Assembly: GCA_951406725.2 (NCBI GenBank) | Contig: OX597816.1 | Span: 4,030,001 to 4,094,000, forward strand | Length of the DNA: 64,000 nucleotides | Origin: Octopus vulgaris | Lineage: Eukaryota | Reading direction: 5' to 3' | Shown: positions 44,620 through 59,678 of the stretch, in pieces | How positions within the stretch are numbered: the first letter of the stretch is position 1 | How the letters are laid out: the number at the start of each line of letters is the position of its first letter | The notes under the pieces: generated by a model | Told to the model about the DNA's origin: nothing | The model's database searches: none | The model's input: the letters and a program-made list of their open reading frames with translations, nothing else | Translations under genes and position numbers: made by a program

Positions 44620-45376
44620 ATATTATTCCAAACTTACAGGGAAAAATTCAATTTAGAAATACTAAATCAAATTTCACAAAATATAATATATATATGAATT
44701 AGAAAGGCGGCGAGCTGGCAGAAACGTTAGCACGCTGGGCGAAATGCGTAGCCGTATTTCGTCTGCCGTTACGTTCTGAGTTCAAATTCCTCCGAGGTCG
44801 ACTTTGCCTTTCATCCTTTCAGGGTCGATAAATTAAGTACCAGTTACGCACTGGGGTCGATGTAATCGACCTAATCCGTTTGTCTGTCCTTGTTTGTCCC
44901 CTCTGTGTTTAGCCCCTTGTGGGTAGTAAAGAAATATATATATGAATTAGAAAAATAACAACTTTTATCAATTCAAAATGAAAAAAAATATATTACACCA
45001 TCTAGAAAATTACATATAATAGAAATATTAAATATAAGATTAAAAAATGATATACCGATGATTAAGTAAAGTGCAAAATATTAAATAAAACGTATACAAA
45101 TATATACGTTTTATTTATTATTTTGCACTTTACTTAATCATCGGTATATTATTTTTTTATCTTATATTTAATATTTCTATTATATGTAATTTTCTAGATG
45201 GTGTAATATATTTTTTTTCATTTTGAATTGATATGATCTTCTCGTGAAATTTGATTTAGTATTTCTAAATTGAATTTTTCCCTGTAAGTTTGGAATAATA
45301 ATTTTCTAGATGGTGTAATATAATTTTTTCATTTTGAATTGATAAAAGTTGTTATTTTTCTAATTCATATATATAT
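44620..45376. repeat. Complex AT-rich inverted repeat
   Basis: Central hairpin arms at about 44967-45096 and 45103-45233; further inverted blocks 45245-45300 (versus 44620-44677) and 45300-45376. Confidence 0.85.
44706..44932 (+). mobile_element. Nin/Deu-domain SINE monomer with 21-bp TSD
   Basis: aatatatatatgaattagaaa at 44685-44705 and 44933-44953. Confidence 0.9.
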
Positions 45377-45625
45377 GGTCTTCTCGTGAAATTAATGTGC
45401 AAGTGGCTGAGTACTCCACAAAGATACGCGTATCCTTAACGTGATTCTGAGGGATATTCGGCGTGACACAGAATGCGAGAAGGCTGGCCCCTTTGTATTA
45501 CAGGTACAACTCATTCTTGCCATATGTGAAATAAAGTGTCTTGCTCAAGGACACAACACGCCGCCAGGAATCGATCTCACGTCTTAAGATCGTGAGCCTA
45601 ACGTATATGTGTGTGTGTGTGTGTA

Positions 45626-45665
<40 letters not shown>

Positions 45666-46242
45666 TGTGTGTGCGTGCGTGCGTGTGATCATATAGAAGA
45701 ACGTGTATATACATATATTCTTTAATTCTGTCACTTGTTTCAGTCATTTCACTGATGCCATGCTGGAGCACCTCCTTCAAGGGTTGTTAGTTGAACAAAT
45801 CGACCCCGGGACATTATTATTGAACGTAATACTTAATCTATTGCCGAACTGGTAAGTTGGGGGGACATAAATACACCAACACCGGTTGTCAAGCGGTGAT
45901 GGGAAGAATCAGACATAAAGACACATACACACACACATACATACATACCTACGTACATACATACATACATACATACATGCATACATACATACATACATAC
46001 ATACATACATACATACATGCATACATACATACATACATACATACATACATACATACATGCATACATACATACATACATACATACATACATACATACATAC
46101 ATACATACATTCATATATATATATATATATATATTGATAAATCTCAAGGTAGCAAAAAAGTTTTAGAAAAATTCTTCGCTACCAGTGGTCTATGGAGAAG
46201 AAAAAATTAGTCAATAGAATATATATTATTCATATAAAAATT

Positions 46243-46557
46243 CAGTGTACATTTAAACAAATAAGAGATGGCTATAGCATGCCATGTGACTCGCTAGAAA
46301 GAGTAGTTAAACTACAAACCACTAATAGTTGTAATTCAGAAGGGGAATGAAAAATAAAAACATTTACCCTATTTTTCCTGCAATTGGCGATGCTCTCTTC
46401 AGCTCTCTTCAACTGAAGAGAACATCGCCAATTGTAAATTATTTTTCATTCCCCTTCAGAATTACAACTATTAGTGGTTTGTGATTTAACTACTCTTTCT
46501 AGCGAGTCAGATGGCCTGTTATGGCCATCTCTTATGTGTTTAAATGTACACTGTATT
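46243..46557. repeat. Inverted repeat with about 150-bp arms near (TA)n tracts
   Basis: cagtgtacatttaaaca...caattggcgatgctctcttcag mirrored by ctgaagagaacatcgccaattg...tgtttaaatgtacactg. Confidence 0.85.
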
Positions 46558-46616
<59 letters not shown>

Positions 46617-48496
46617 GGAGACACACACACACATATATATATATATATCAATAAACGTTTAGTGTTAAAATCCTAATACAATTAAAAATTTAGTAACAGC
46701 CAACAAAAGACACATGAGTGAAATGTCATTGGCTCTGAAGGGTTAAGTTCTCTCCCTTTCGCTTTGACTACAACGCTGCTCATTTGCATTCATCACGGAA
46801 CATCTGCGTAAGTGCGAAATGTCCAACATAATCTAATTAGTGCCAACAATTCTATATAAAGGAACAATAAAGTACAAAGTAGAAGAAAACGGATTTGATA
46901 TGGATAAAACATTAGAAAATTTCAAAACTGAATTCCAAATGTTACTAAAAGAAAATAGAAACCACTGGATGCTGAGTTTTCTGCAGAAATTTATAATGAG
47001 GATGAAAGCCAAATGAAACCTTTAAAAAAAACCCGTCAAAACTCTTGGTTGAAAGAAGCAACAAGATTATTTGGTAGCTGGTCATGATTACTGCCTGGTT
47101 TGAGAAAAGTCTGAGTAGAAAATAATGACAGGATTGGCTAAACATTAAGTGAGGATTTTGCAACGGTTACATTGCGACATTGACATATCTGGCTGCTCGA
47201 GATTTGCATAATCCGACCACATCCCCTACACGGTTAATGCACGGTTAATTCGGTAGTTACATTCACAGATCGAATGGAAACTGGATAAAAATGGCATCAG
47301 CATATACGAGTCTTCTTGCATGATAATAAACTGGTTATATTCATCTCAGGCATGTCGTTAGTGAATGGCGAAGGAGATGAGGAGAACTCATCGAAAAATT
47401 GCTACCAAGGATGTGAACAAAATATCTGTAGAAATAACAATGCCTTCTTATCAAGACAACGCTCGGAAGCAATCGATAAACTGCTAAAATACAAGGTCTT
47501 TGTAAATGGAATAGGTAAAAAGTGGAGTATGAAAAAGGAAGAGCCAGCCGCACCAGTAATAGATGGAGACTCGTTATGATAAGGAGAAGATGAACAAAAA
47601 CTGAAAACCCATAAAGTAGTTTTCAATTTACTTCAAAAGTTTGGTCGACTAATTTGTAGTCGAGAAACCTCGAAAGATATTTTTACACACACACACGTAC
47701 ACACACTTACACGCACACACTTACACACACAACACGCTCTATATCCTTATCAACTTGCAAAATATCTCAATTCACATAACGCTTACGAGGAGACCATTGA
47801 ATAATCTTTGCAAAACATTTGGACCAATAAACGAAATGTCACATGAGAGTTGCATGTGGGAACTAGTTTGCGCTATCACAGAAAAAGACAAACAAAGGCA
47901 AGTCTTTCATTTTGTTTTCCATGTTCTGATCATATTCACACACACACACACACACACACACCAACAAGCACGCATTCGCAAATAGAGTGGTTCATTATCT
48001 AAAGGAAAATTAATGGGTGCATATACACACATATAAACCTGCACACACGTACACGTCTTTATATATTGACACCCACTCACGTGCATGAGAACATGTGGGT
48101 CTAAATATCCGTAATATATCGTTATGGCTATATCTGTGACGGAGTGGACATATCACGACAGAAAGGACAAAAAAACAAAAAGAAGAAAGAGCAAGTGTAT
48201 TCACCAATTGTGGACATTGTATGAACATTATATTTCTCATAGAGGCAACTGGCAGGGACTAGCTTCACGTTTACATCTCCCACCATCAGCTCTTTTTCTT
48301 CTTTTTTTTATTATCATCTACATGCTATTATTATCGCCACGATAATTCATATTAACAATTGGATATCGATTTATTCATCATTCTGTAGTGACAGTTTTAT
48401 GATGAAATTTAATACACTGGAAAGAATGGTGATTTGTGAGGAATTAATAGAATGGTCTTTACGTTTTGAGTGACGGGAGAAAGGCAAGGTATTTAT

Positions 48497-48554
<58 letters not shown>

Positions 48555-48557
<3 letters not shown>

Positions 48558-48719
48558 CGCGTAGGCGTGGCTGTGTGGTAAGTAACTTGCTTACCAACCT
48601 CATGGTTCCGGGTTCCGTCCCACTGCGTGGCACCTTGGGCAAGTGTCTTCTACTATAGCCTCGGGCCGACCAAAGCTTTGTGAGTGGATTTGGTAGACGG
48701 AAACTGAAAGAAGGCCGAC

Positions 48720-48794
<75 letters not shown>

Positions 48795-48965
48795 CGTATG
48801 TATGTATGTATGTGTGTGTACATGTTTGTGTGTCTGTGTTTGTCCCCCAACATCACTTGACAAAAGAGACCTATAGAATAAGTACTAGGCTTACAAAGAA
48901 CAAGTCCAGGGGTCGATTTGCTCGATTAAAGGCGGTGCTCCAGCATGGCCACAATCAAATGACTG
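48555..48965 (+). mobile_element. CORE-domain tRNA SINE followed by (TATG)n
   Basis: Family head, accttgggcaagtgtc, internal microsatellite and tail. Confidence 0.85.
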
Positions 48966-49886
48966 TATGTATGTATGTATGTATGCATGTATGTATGTAT
49001 GTATGTATGTATGTATGTATGTATGTATGTATGTATGTATGTATGTATGTATGTATGTACGTATGTATGTATGTATGTATGTATGTATGTATGTATGTAT
49101 GTATGTATGTATGTATGAAGAGAGTGTAATTCGGCAGGAGGACTTAAACGACATGCAAAGTTACATGAAGCCCAGTTACAATTACAGCCGGCTATTACCG
49201 GTAAAGGTTTTAGTTTCCAATTGTATACAAGACATTGTAGATCTTTAGCTGGGCTAAAAAGTCACATTCGATCACAGCACCAGTATCAGTTAAGCATCGT
49301 GCAATGGCCATACTCGATAAGGAGGGGGCAGCCATAATGTATGTATGTATGTATGTATGTATGTATGTATGTATGTATGTATGTATGTATGTATGTATGT
49401 ATGTATGTATGCGTATGTAGGTATGCATCTTTATACGCCATTAAGTCATATCTGGAAGCTTAGTGAGATCAATAAAACCAAATTTATGCAAACATAATTT
49501 GTGGGGCAAGCATAATTTAGCAGGGTGTATATTTTTAGCCGATTTCACGAAACGATTTTCAGTGATCGGCAAGAGCCACATCTCATTAATTCTGAGTAAT
49601 TTTCTCCATAAAATACATACGGGTACTTGATTAATAATTATCAGGCGTAATATCTAATTTGGTTCTTGCCGATAAATGTACATACACATATGTAGCCAAT
49701 CGGTCCTCCCCAACACACACACAGATACACACACACGTATGTATAAATGTGTGTGTGTGTGTACATTTTCCTCATGTAGATAATTTTTTCTGTCAAAGTC
49801 GTCTTTGATGTTTCACAAGAACTGTTATATATATATATATATATGCACATATAAATACATGAGTACTGTCTGTCTGTCACTCTTTT

Positions 49887-49931
<45 letters not shown>

Positions 49932-49950
49932 TTATTCATCTATCTATCTT

Positions 49951-50011
<61 letters not shown>

Positions 50012-50035
50012 ATGTATATATATATATATACAGAG

Positions 50036-50098
<63 letters not shown>

Positions 50099-51091
50099 AG
50101 GACAGAAACGAATGAACACAGAAAATGCAATCGCTATGTTCTGTATAACTTACAAGTGTTTCAGTTACCCAAATGCCGTTATTACACAAACCGGTTGGCA
50201 CTATTACTCAACGTGACAACACAGTCGACTCGTCTTCTCAAGCCGTTGTATTGTGTACTTCATCTGGGCCAACAGGCTTAAACATATGTAAATTTTATAG
50301 CATAAAATGCAAGTTATGTTTTCTCTGTTCAATTTATCTAGATAGTGGTATGGATTCTGAACAATAAATTATTTGGATCTACGATAGTTGATGCCTAACT
50401 TCGTCGAGCATAGTAGTCAAGTGTGGACATTTCTAGCGATGATAAATTTTCGGTGACTTGTCACGACAGTCGGTGCACAATTTTAAAGTGTCATTCTACA
50501 GCATATTTGTTTGATCAAACTTCAAACACAGACTATAAAGGAAATACGAAAAAGAAATTGCAATGGAACAACCTCGTCAAATATAAACATAAAGAAACCC
50601 TCATATCAAGAAAGAACAGAGATAAAAAAAACTACAACGTTTGTAGTTATAAAGATTAACTGCCTCGTAGATGATAAAGCTTGCTACAAAAACGGGCGAG
50701 AACGAATGATTATGAGTTAACCACTTCTAAACTAAAAGCTAAACCACCCGGATTATATAAATGTTTTTGTACGAATGGCTGTTTGTGAACTATATTAGCA
50801 AATGATTGAAATGTTATTTGGAAAGGGCGATATTTTGTGGGGAATATGAGAAGCTGAAATGCAATCGGCAAATTTGATTGGTAAACGGAAAACTGTAACT
50901 ACTCAATACTCGGCTAAATGTCGAATAAATAATTTTCCCCGCTATTGCTACATAAATCTAAATGATGGAGATGTGTTTCTATGTTAGACATCGCCTCATG
51001 GTCAGACAGCTTGTTTCATGGTGCTTTGTTTCAGGCACGTTATCAAAATCTGCCGAACCACGTGTCTCTTTGGCAAGAAACTATTAGTGGC

Positions 51092-51145
<54 letters not shown>

Positions 51146-51172
51146 ATGTGTGTGTGTGTGTGTGCGTGTGTG

Positions 51173-51206
<34 letters not shown>

Positions 51207-51292
51207 CAAATATATATATACATACACACACACATATATATATATACATATATATATACACATATATATATATACATATACATATATATACG

Positions 51293-51325
<33 letters not shown>

Positions 51326-51334
51326 GTACATATC

Positions 51335-51407
<73 letters not shown>

Positions 51408-52691
51408 ATGTGTGTATGTGTGTGTGTGTGCGCGCGTGTACTTTACAAAATGCCTTTGTCGTAGAGTGTTTTATTCCCTTAATGATTTTATGATTTTGGC
51501 TTGATGATATTCCTGGCTGAATGATTTCTCACGCCTCGTCGCTACTTTGTATCAACGCCGAAGGCAATCTGATAATTTTAGTTCTAGAAAATAGAAACTG
51601 GAGAGAGCTATTTTAGATTTTCTTTCTTCTTCTTCTGAAATAGTTGGTTGAGAGATATATCCCCTCCCCTCCCGCCAGCTAGGGAACCGTTCTAACGTAG
51701 GTAATATCCTTATATCGCCTTAAGAATTTTCTCTTCAGTTAGTTCAAGATAATTAACGCTGTCAGACGGCTGAAACAACGAAATGCTTTCAGTAAGTTTG
51801 AACATATACTTTACAACGCTGTTGTTTCAATATTTTCCCTCTCGACTATTTCGTCTCCACAAGCGATTGAATCCGTAAGATAAATAGTTCTTGACACCGT
51901 TGTTATGGAAACCCAAAGGAAGAATACGTACGAAATTGTCTTATAAAGAATTGTTAAGGTGCTTCGTAGCTTTTGATATAGAAAAGGGTCAACCATTGAA
52001 GATCGGAGGAACTGCTACAAAAGATAAGGAAATTAAATATTTCAAAATGTTTATTTAGAACGTGAAACCATCGAAATTTAATTGTAAATCCTATTGATAT
52101 TAAAATATATACATAAATTATAGTCAGGAACGAGAGTCTAGGAAGTCACTGGGTCACTGAAAAGATCACTAGCAGCAACGAATGAATTTCAACTAATAGA
52201 CGACCGGTTCCTTGTTTAACTTGTACATGCAACAAAAGATTAATTTGTTTGTTGGGTATGTATTTAACCAATTGACTAACTATACAGAAGTGAAATTGAA
52301 GCAGCGTGTGTGTACTATTATTGCTGGTGTAATGACCCACCCAAGACACAACAAGAATAGCAAATAAGTTAAATAAAATTGATGATTGATAGAAAGGTGC
52401 TTGTGTAAACTTTATTAGTAAAATGCAAATTAACAAAAAAGTCATTCGTAAAAGAGAATTCATTTCAAAATATCACTACAGAGATTGGTGTATAAATATT
52501 TATAATAAGGAGCAGAATAAATCATCTCAAGTCTGAATGGATATTACTAGGTATCAGATGTTATTGATTTGATTTTTTTTATTGGTGGATGCAGACTTCT
52601 ACGTCGATTCAAACGAATAGATTTAAAAGAGAGCAAACGAAATTAAATGGTTGCAACAAAAAAGCCGTTTGTTAACTGCATATTACTACAA

Positions 52692-52734
<43 letters not shown>

Positions 52735-52819
52735 ACAGACACACACACAAACAGACAGACAGACACACACACAAACACACACAAACACACTCACACACAC
52801 AGATATACACACACACTCT

Positions 52820-52850
<31 letters not shown>

Positions 52851-52947
52851 ACACAAACACTCACACACACATACACACACACAGACACACACACACAGAC
52901 ACACACACAGACACTCACACACACACACTCACACACTCACACACACA

Positions 52948-52981
<34 letters not shown>

Positions 52982-53444
52982 TAAACACACACATACACCT
53001 AATACTGGTTACGGCATCTTACTAGTTAGAATGTTACAATCGATTTCGCACCGAATCCGTTTACCTTGCAGCATCTTTGTGTAAAATTGGTCAGACTGCG
53101 TGGGTATATATTCTTTGCAGATCATCCGATGTCTCTTATCTCCATCATCTCAAACACGATATAACGCAAGTCTTTGGTGACGATATACACCCGCGCAAAT
53201 GCAGGCGCACACTGCTTTTTGCATACTTTGTATTATATCCCCAGGAAATAGTGTTTACACAAGAATTTTAAAAATGATTACTGCACACAACAGTTTGTGC
53301 ATCATCTCAGTGGGTGGTGGACTGCCCACGCATGCAGTTATAAACCAAAGCATATTCTGCTTCGGATTTCGATCATTGCTTTTATAAGTAACTCAGTGGA
53401 GCCTCGAGTTAAATCAGGGATACGTATATTCTAAATATAAGCAG

Positions 53445-53526
<82 letters not shown>

Positions 53527-53786
53527 CACTCCTGTCACAACCTGGGACCTTGAAGACTGCTTTAATGCAAGAAACTATACTAGTCCCTTAATATTTGATA
53601 TTCAATATTTCATCTATTCAATAAGACAATCAATACTTCATTTCATTTTACTATATATATATTATATATACTATATATTCTATATTCTACATTAATATTA
53701 TAAAGAATATAAATAAAACATTAAAAAACAGAGTTGGAATTTCCTTTGAATAATATATATCCCTCTATACACAATCATACAAACCC

Positions 53787-53842
<56 letters not shown>

Positions 53843-55556
53843 ATGTGTGTGTGTGTGTATGTATTAGGCAAATAATTAGAAAATGGAGATAACCACAGAT
53901 TAACAAACACATCGATTGGACCTCAATTATAGCTTATTTTTTAATACAAAGCATGTCATAACAAAATAGGTGACGTAACCTATCTTACGGCCGTTACTGA
54001 TCGGTTACCAAAATGCAGTCTATAAATAAATGCGAAAATAAAGTTCTTCATCTTCGTAGAGCATTCGAATTAAGGCAACGGATCTTCATCAAAGTGAAAG
54101 ACAAGAGCATACAATATAAACAAAAGGAAGAAGGAAAAGGGAAAGAAACTATGGCTGACACAAGCAGTCTAGAAGCCCTGTATGTTAAGAACAAATAGTT
54201 ATTTTCCATCGGGTGTTACAGGGTCTGTAGGTAAAATAGTGAGCTAAATCGTATGCTCTTAACATATTGTAAATATCGGTTTCGAATTTTGGCACAAGGC
54301 CAGCAGTTTCGGAATAGGGATAAGTCAATGACACCGACCCCAGTACTCAGCTAGTACTTATTTTACTATCCCACAAGGGTAAGTCGACTTCGGCCAAGCC
54401 TCGAAGTATTTTGCCCAGCGTGCCGAGCTGACCGCTTAATTGTTGTAAACATTAACTTCAGCTAAAGATGTATTTAATTGTGCAAATAATTAGCATCTAC
54501 AAAACTTTGATCTCCACAATTTCGATATTTAATCGAGAAAAAAGTGAAACGAATTCAGCCGAAAGATTTTTTTGGGGTGGGGTTGGGGCTTGACAGATCG
54601 CTGAAAGGGCGGATTGCACAAACACTAAATCTTAAGGGTTTTGTAGTTTTCAAGGTAAAACGCACAAGGAACGATGTCACGTTGGAATATCCCTCAATAT
54701 TTCATGCTGAAATTGCAGTTAAACCTCTCGGACCTGGGACCCTGCGTCTAATTTGCCCTCCACCTGGACTCTTGAGCGAAAAATAAATAGTTGAATATGC
54801 CCCACAAGCGTAACGATTGCAAGCAAACCAACGGACAGAATCGGTTTCATATTACTTTTCTATGTTATTTATTACGACTTCACCGGAGAATCCGGTGCAG
54901 ATGACTTTTAAATTATTGCCGCCATAGAGGGAATACGATGCGACATGGTTAATGAAGGCAGCTACATTGAAAGGTTATTCAAGTGATGGCTAGGCTTAAT
55001 CAATTTTAGAAAAAAAAATTGTATCTAACAGAAATTGAATCTGAAAGTTCTTCTCTAAACTTCTGTCGATGTGCCAACAGTAGAAAGAATTATTATTAAT
55101 ATCGGTTTTTAATTTTGGCACAAAACCGAAATGTTTTTTTTTTTTTTTGTGAGGGGATACGTCGATTTCATCGACCCAATACTTAACTGGCAATTATTTT
55201 ATCGACCTCGAAAGGGAGGAAAAGATAATTCAACATCGAGATCATATGAACCCAGAGCATAGATATGTACGAAATACAGCTAAGTATTCTGCCCAGCGAG
55301 CTAACGACTCTGCCCGTTCGAAGCCGTAAACGTTATTACTATTATGAAGTATATTTGCCACTTAAATGTGGCTAACCCCTAAGGGTGGATGCTACTGTAG
55401 CTTGTAGCCCCAGGAGGACACATCCTCCAGCTGGCTATTGACACACTTTCTGTGCCCTATCAGTATTTGTAAAGAGAAGCCATCCTTCCCGTCTTCAACC
55501 TTGCTCAGAGATTTATTATTGTTTATTACTATTAAATTATTCTATATACCCGATAC

Positions 55557-55843
55557 GTGGAGGCGCAATGGCCCAGTGGTTAGGGCAGCGGACTCGCAGT
55601 CATAGGGCGTTGTGAGTGTTTATTGAGCGAAAACACCTAAAAGCTCCACGGGGCTCCGGCAGGGGGTGGTGGTGAACCCTGCTGTACTCTTTCACCACAA
55701 CTTTCTCTCACTCTTTCTTCTGTTGGCCCGCTCGCTTAGCCAGCGGGGTGGCGTCATTTGAATGCTAAAACAATGCAAAGTGCATTGTGACCAGCGATGT
55801 ATAACAACATCTGATAGCCTGGTCGGTCACGGTGATCACGGTG
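55557..55843 (+). mobile_element. Third-family SINE head with an alternative 3' tail
   Basis: 13-bp TSD atatacccgatac (55544-55556 and 55844-55856); tail ends in (cacggtgat)2. Confidence 0.85.
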
Positions 55844-56384
55844 ATATACCCGATACTACTTAGAAGTAAAGCGAATATGTTTCCATGCTAAATTTAGAAA
55901 CATCTAGATCGCAACATTCGCAAATGGCATTTATACATCATTTACTACGATTATTAATACATTTGTTTATTTGCCTTAGAACAACATTTTAAAGAATGCA
56001 TAATCGAAAAATGTTAAATATGCAATTGCTCACGTGACTGGCAATATATTTTAAACTGTGGGGTTAGCACGTGGTTTAAAACGTATACATATACAGTGAT
56101 TTCACGTTAGGTTTTCCGTCAAATTACCATAAACCTTAAACTAATTTCTGATATTTTCCAATAAGCTTTCCGCATTCATAAATTTCTGAAAGGCGCAGCT
56201 GTTGCTATGTGGTAGAAAGCTTGCTTCTCAATCACAAGATTCTAGGTTCGATTACGCTGTATGACACCTTTGGCAAGTGTCTTCTACAGCAGCCGACCAA
56301 ATCCTTGTGAGCAGATTTGGTAGACAGGAAGTGGAAGAAGGCCATCGTGTGTGTGTGTATGTGTGTGTGGGTGGGGGAGATTCT

Positions 56385-56525
56385 CTCTCTTTTTATTTTC
56401 TGTTATTCCTTTCTGTTGAAGAGCGAAGGCTGGAAACGTAAAAGACTTTCTCACTTACCCGAGCGTCAAACAAACACACCTTGTTGTTCATACGCCTGTC
56501 TTTGTCTTTTTTTTGTAAATTACAA
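56385..56525 (+). mobile_element. Hammerhead-like element (family A) inside the microsatellite of a CORE-SINE (about 56190-56890)
   Basis: cttt-CTGTTGAA-GAGCgaagGCTG-GAAACGTA-aaag. Confidence 0.65.
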
Positions 56526-56557
<32 letters not shown>

Positions 56558-57245
56558 AGGTGTGTTGGTGCAATCAGGAAAAATAGAACTCATAAAATAA
56601 GTATATGTATATTTCTATTAATATTTAGCAGAAATAAAAGTGTGACACTAGGTCAGAGGGTACCAATATTAAATATATATATGTGTGTGTGTAAGTGTTC
56701 CCCACCACCAATTCACAACCGGTGTTGGTATATTTATGTCCCCGTAACTTAGCGGCTCAGTATAACAGACCGACACAATAATACCGGGATTTCAAAAAAT
56801 GCACGGGTGTCGATTCATTCGACTAAAAATTATTCGAGGTGGTGCCCCAGCATGACCGCAGTCTATTGACTAAAACATGTAAAAGATAAAATAATCCAGG
56901 GTTGTCCATTTTTTAAGAAATAACAGCTGTTTCGTGAACCATGCCACAGTGTAGAGAAAGATCATATATGGAGTACAGTCATCCCTCGCCATATCGCGGT
57001 TCTCCTATCGCGGTTCACCCATCGCGGTTTATTATTTAAGCTTACATCGATTCATCCGTGGTGTTGTTTTGCATTTATAATAAAATAAATATGTTATGTA
57101 AGGTATAGGTTAGAGGTGTTAAGCCCTCTACAGGATGGAAGTATCCAGAGGCACTCCTAGCAAATACCTCAGTAATTATGGTCCTTGGTATAAGGTACAC
57201 GGCAGCAGGTAATTTAAAAAAGTAAACCGTAGTTTAAGGTATATA

Positions 57246-57570
57246 TGCTGAGACCCCCTTGGGTCATGAATGACCATGGGATTGCACCTAGAAAGTTACC
57301 CTCCGAGGAACAAGTCCGGGCAAGGTGGTTTATGGAAGACCAGCAGTCACCCATGTCCACGCCACCAGTGTTGTCCAAGGGAAAGGCAAAGGGGCCAATA
57401 CAGCTTGGCACCTGTGACGTCGCAACTCATTTCTACAGCTGAGTGAACTGGAGCAACGTGAAATAAAGTGTCTTGTTCAAGAACACAACACGCAGCCCGG
57501 TCCAGTATTCGAACTCACAACCTCACGAACGTAAGCTCGACGTTCTAACCACTGAGCCATGCGCCTTCAC
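57246..57570 (-). mobile_element. tRNA SINE (cttgaacaagacac central domain) with a different tail
   Basis: Minus-strand head gtgaaggcgcatggctcagtggttagaacg...gagttcgaat; gtatatat on both sides. Confidence 0.75.
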
Positions 57571-57580
57571 AATGTATATA

Positions 57581-57739
57581 TAGACGATCATAAAATGGAG
57601 GAAAACAACAAATAGAAGTGTATCTTTGGCGCTAAAAAGCCATTATTTAATTAGTTAAGCTTAACTAATTAAATAATGGCTTTTTAACACCAAAGATACA
57701 CTTCTATTTGTTGTTTTTCCTCCATTTTATGATCGTCTA
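57581..57739. repeat. Spacer-less palindrome of about 159 bp
   Basis: Centred on aag|ctt at 57659/57660; two substitutions and one indel between arms. Confidence 0.92.
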
Positions 57740-58269
57740 ATAAAATAAATATATACAAATTATATGAATAAAAACAAAAGAAAATACAGTACAGTACTGC
57801 TTCTATTTCGTTGGGGTTTTGTAAAGTAACACACGCGATAGTCGAGGGATTATTGTAATTCTAAAAGCGAATCTGGAACCATTCGCGTTCGCCAAAAGAA
57901 TCACGAAACAACTCTTTGCCATTTTCCACGCAAGTAGAATTTTGATAAACAGAATAGGTTTTCTTGTATAAATAAAAGTCGTAGAATTATGTTTACTGAT
58001 TGACATAAAGAAAAAAAAAATATTCGGAAACTAAGTTGTTTTGCTGAAAAAAAATTGAAGTGTTCCTTCCCAACTCTGTTAAATTACATAAATTTAGAAA
58101 AATAGTTGATCATACTGAGAGATTAGCAAGGTGGCGCTCTTGTAGGATCTTTAGCGTTCTGGACAAAATACTTAGCGACGTTTCCGTCTTCGCACTTTGA
58201 GTTCAAATGTCGCTGAGGTCAGTTTTCGTTACATCATTCTGGGGTCGATAAAATAACTATCAGTTGAGC

Positions 58270-58361
58270 ATGCCACCTTGGGCAAGTGCCTTCTGCTATA
58301 ACCTCGGACCGACCAAAGCCTTGTGAGTGGATTTGGTAGACGGAAACTGAAAGAAGCCCGT

Positions 58362-58427
<66 letters not shown>

Positions 58428-58759
58428 TATATGTATGTATGTATTTGTGTGTCTGTGTTTGTCACACCACCATCGCTTGTTAACCGTAACATAGCGGTTC
58501 GGCAAAAGAGACCGATAGGCTTACAAAGAATAAGTCCTGGGATCGATTTGTTCAACGAGAGGCGGTGCTCCAGCATGGACCGCAGTCAAATAACTGAAAC
58601 AAGTAAAAGAAATAAAAGAAAAGGATTAAAATATCTCAGTAGACTTTATAAAGCCTGCTACTTAATCCACCGATCTTTTGCTGAACCGCTAAGTTACTGG
58701 GAGCTAAACAGAATAATATCGGTCGTCAAGTAGTGGTGAAGGACAGATACAGATACAAA

Positions 58760-58805
<46 letters not shown>

Positions 58806-58975
58806 TATATACGACGGGCTTCTTTCGGTTTCTGTCAACCAAATCCAGTTGCATAGCTTTGGTCGCTCTGAGGCTATGATAGAAGACACTTGCCCAAGGT
58901 GCCATGCCGTGGGACTGAAACCGGAACCATGTCGTTGAGGAGGCAACTTTTCATCAAACAGTCACAGCTCCGCCT
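58270..58975. mobile_element. Two convergent CORE-domain SINE copies
   Basis: Plus copy at about 58270-58620, minus copy at about 58650-58975. Confidence 0.75.
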
Positions 58976-59354
58976 ATATTCCGCACTTTCTTGCATTTAA
59001 TGAGATTTAAAACGTAAACGTAAAACGTAAAATATTTTCTTTCGAATATTTTATCTCCAACTGTTTCTCCATTTCTCAATCGAGTTCTTTGTGTCACGCG
59101 ATTTTCTTCTTCATTCTGCACACTTTTAAATTCTATTTTGTCTTTCTTCATTCTCTGATCTAACGCACATATTTTTTTCCATCGCATCGTTTTCAGCATA
59201 CAATACACAATCACTTTTCTCATTCTTTCTCCATGTGTCATATCATTCCCACTGCTTTCGATGATAAATTACTAAATTCTAATATATCATTAGATATACA
59301 TGCATACATACAAACATAATGATATATTACAATTTAGTAACATATCAACGGAAG

Positions 59355-59678
59355 TGGAGGCGCAATGGCTCAGTGGTTATGACAGTGGACTCGCGGTCGT
59401 AGGATCGCGGTTTCGATTCCCAGATCGGTTGTTGTGAGTGTTTATTGAGCGAAAACACCTAAATCTTCACCAGGCTCCGGCAGCGGGTGGTGGCGAACCC
59501 TGCAGAACTCTTTCACCACAACTTTCTCTCACTATTTTTTTCTGTTGTACCTGTCACTGTGTGTCACGCTGAATCTCTCCGAGAACTATGTTAAAGGTAC
59601 ACGTGTCTGTGGAGTGCTCAGCCACTTGCACGTTAATTTCACGAGCAGGCTGTTCCGTTGATCAGATCAACTTGGAAC
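59355..59678 (+). mobile_element. tRNA SINE, third family
   Basis: ggaggcgcaatggctcagtggtta...ggtttcgattccc head; tail as in 42481-42853. Confidence 0.8.

Larger units (their letters stand above)
56976..57855. mobile_element. pogo/Tigger-like MITE with nested insertions
   Basis: TA|cagtcatccctcgccatatcgcg ... cgcgatagtcgagggattattg|TA. Confidence 0.75.

Noticed and set aside
46900-47660. Possible pogo/Tigger DDE remnant (IYNEDES-like and LHDN-like peptides)
   Set aside because: Too fragmented and no TIRs identified.
51035-51093. Plus-strand ag...gt bounded segment ([19 protein letters not shown])
   Set aside because: Donor is formed by the start of a (TA)n tract; no recognisable protein or partner exons.
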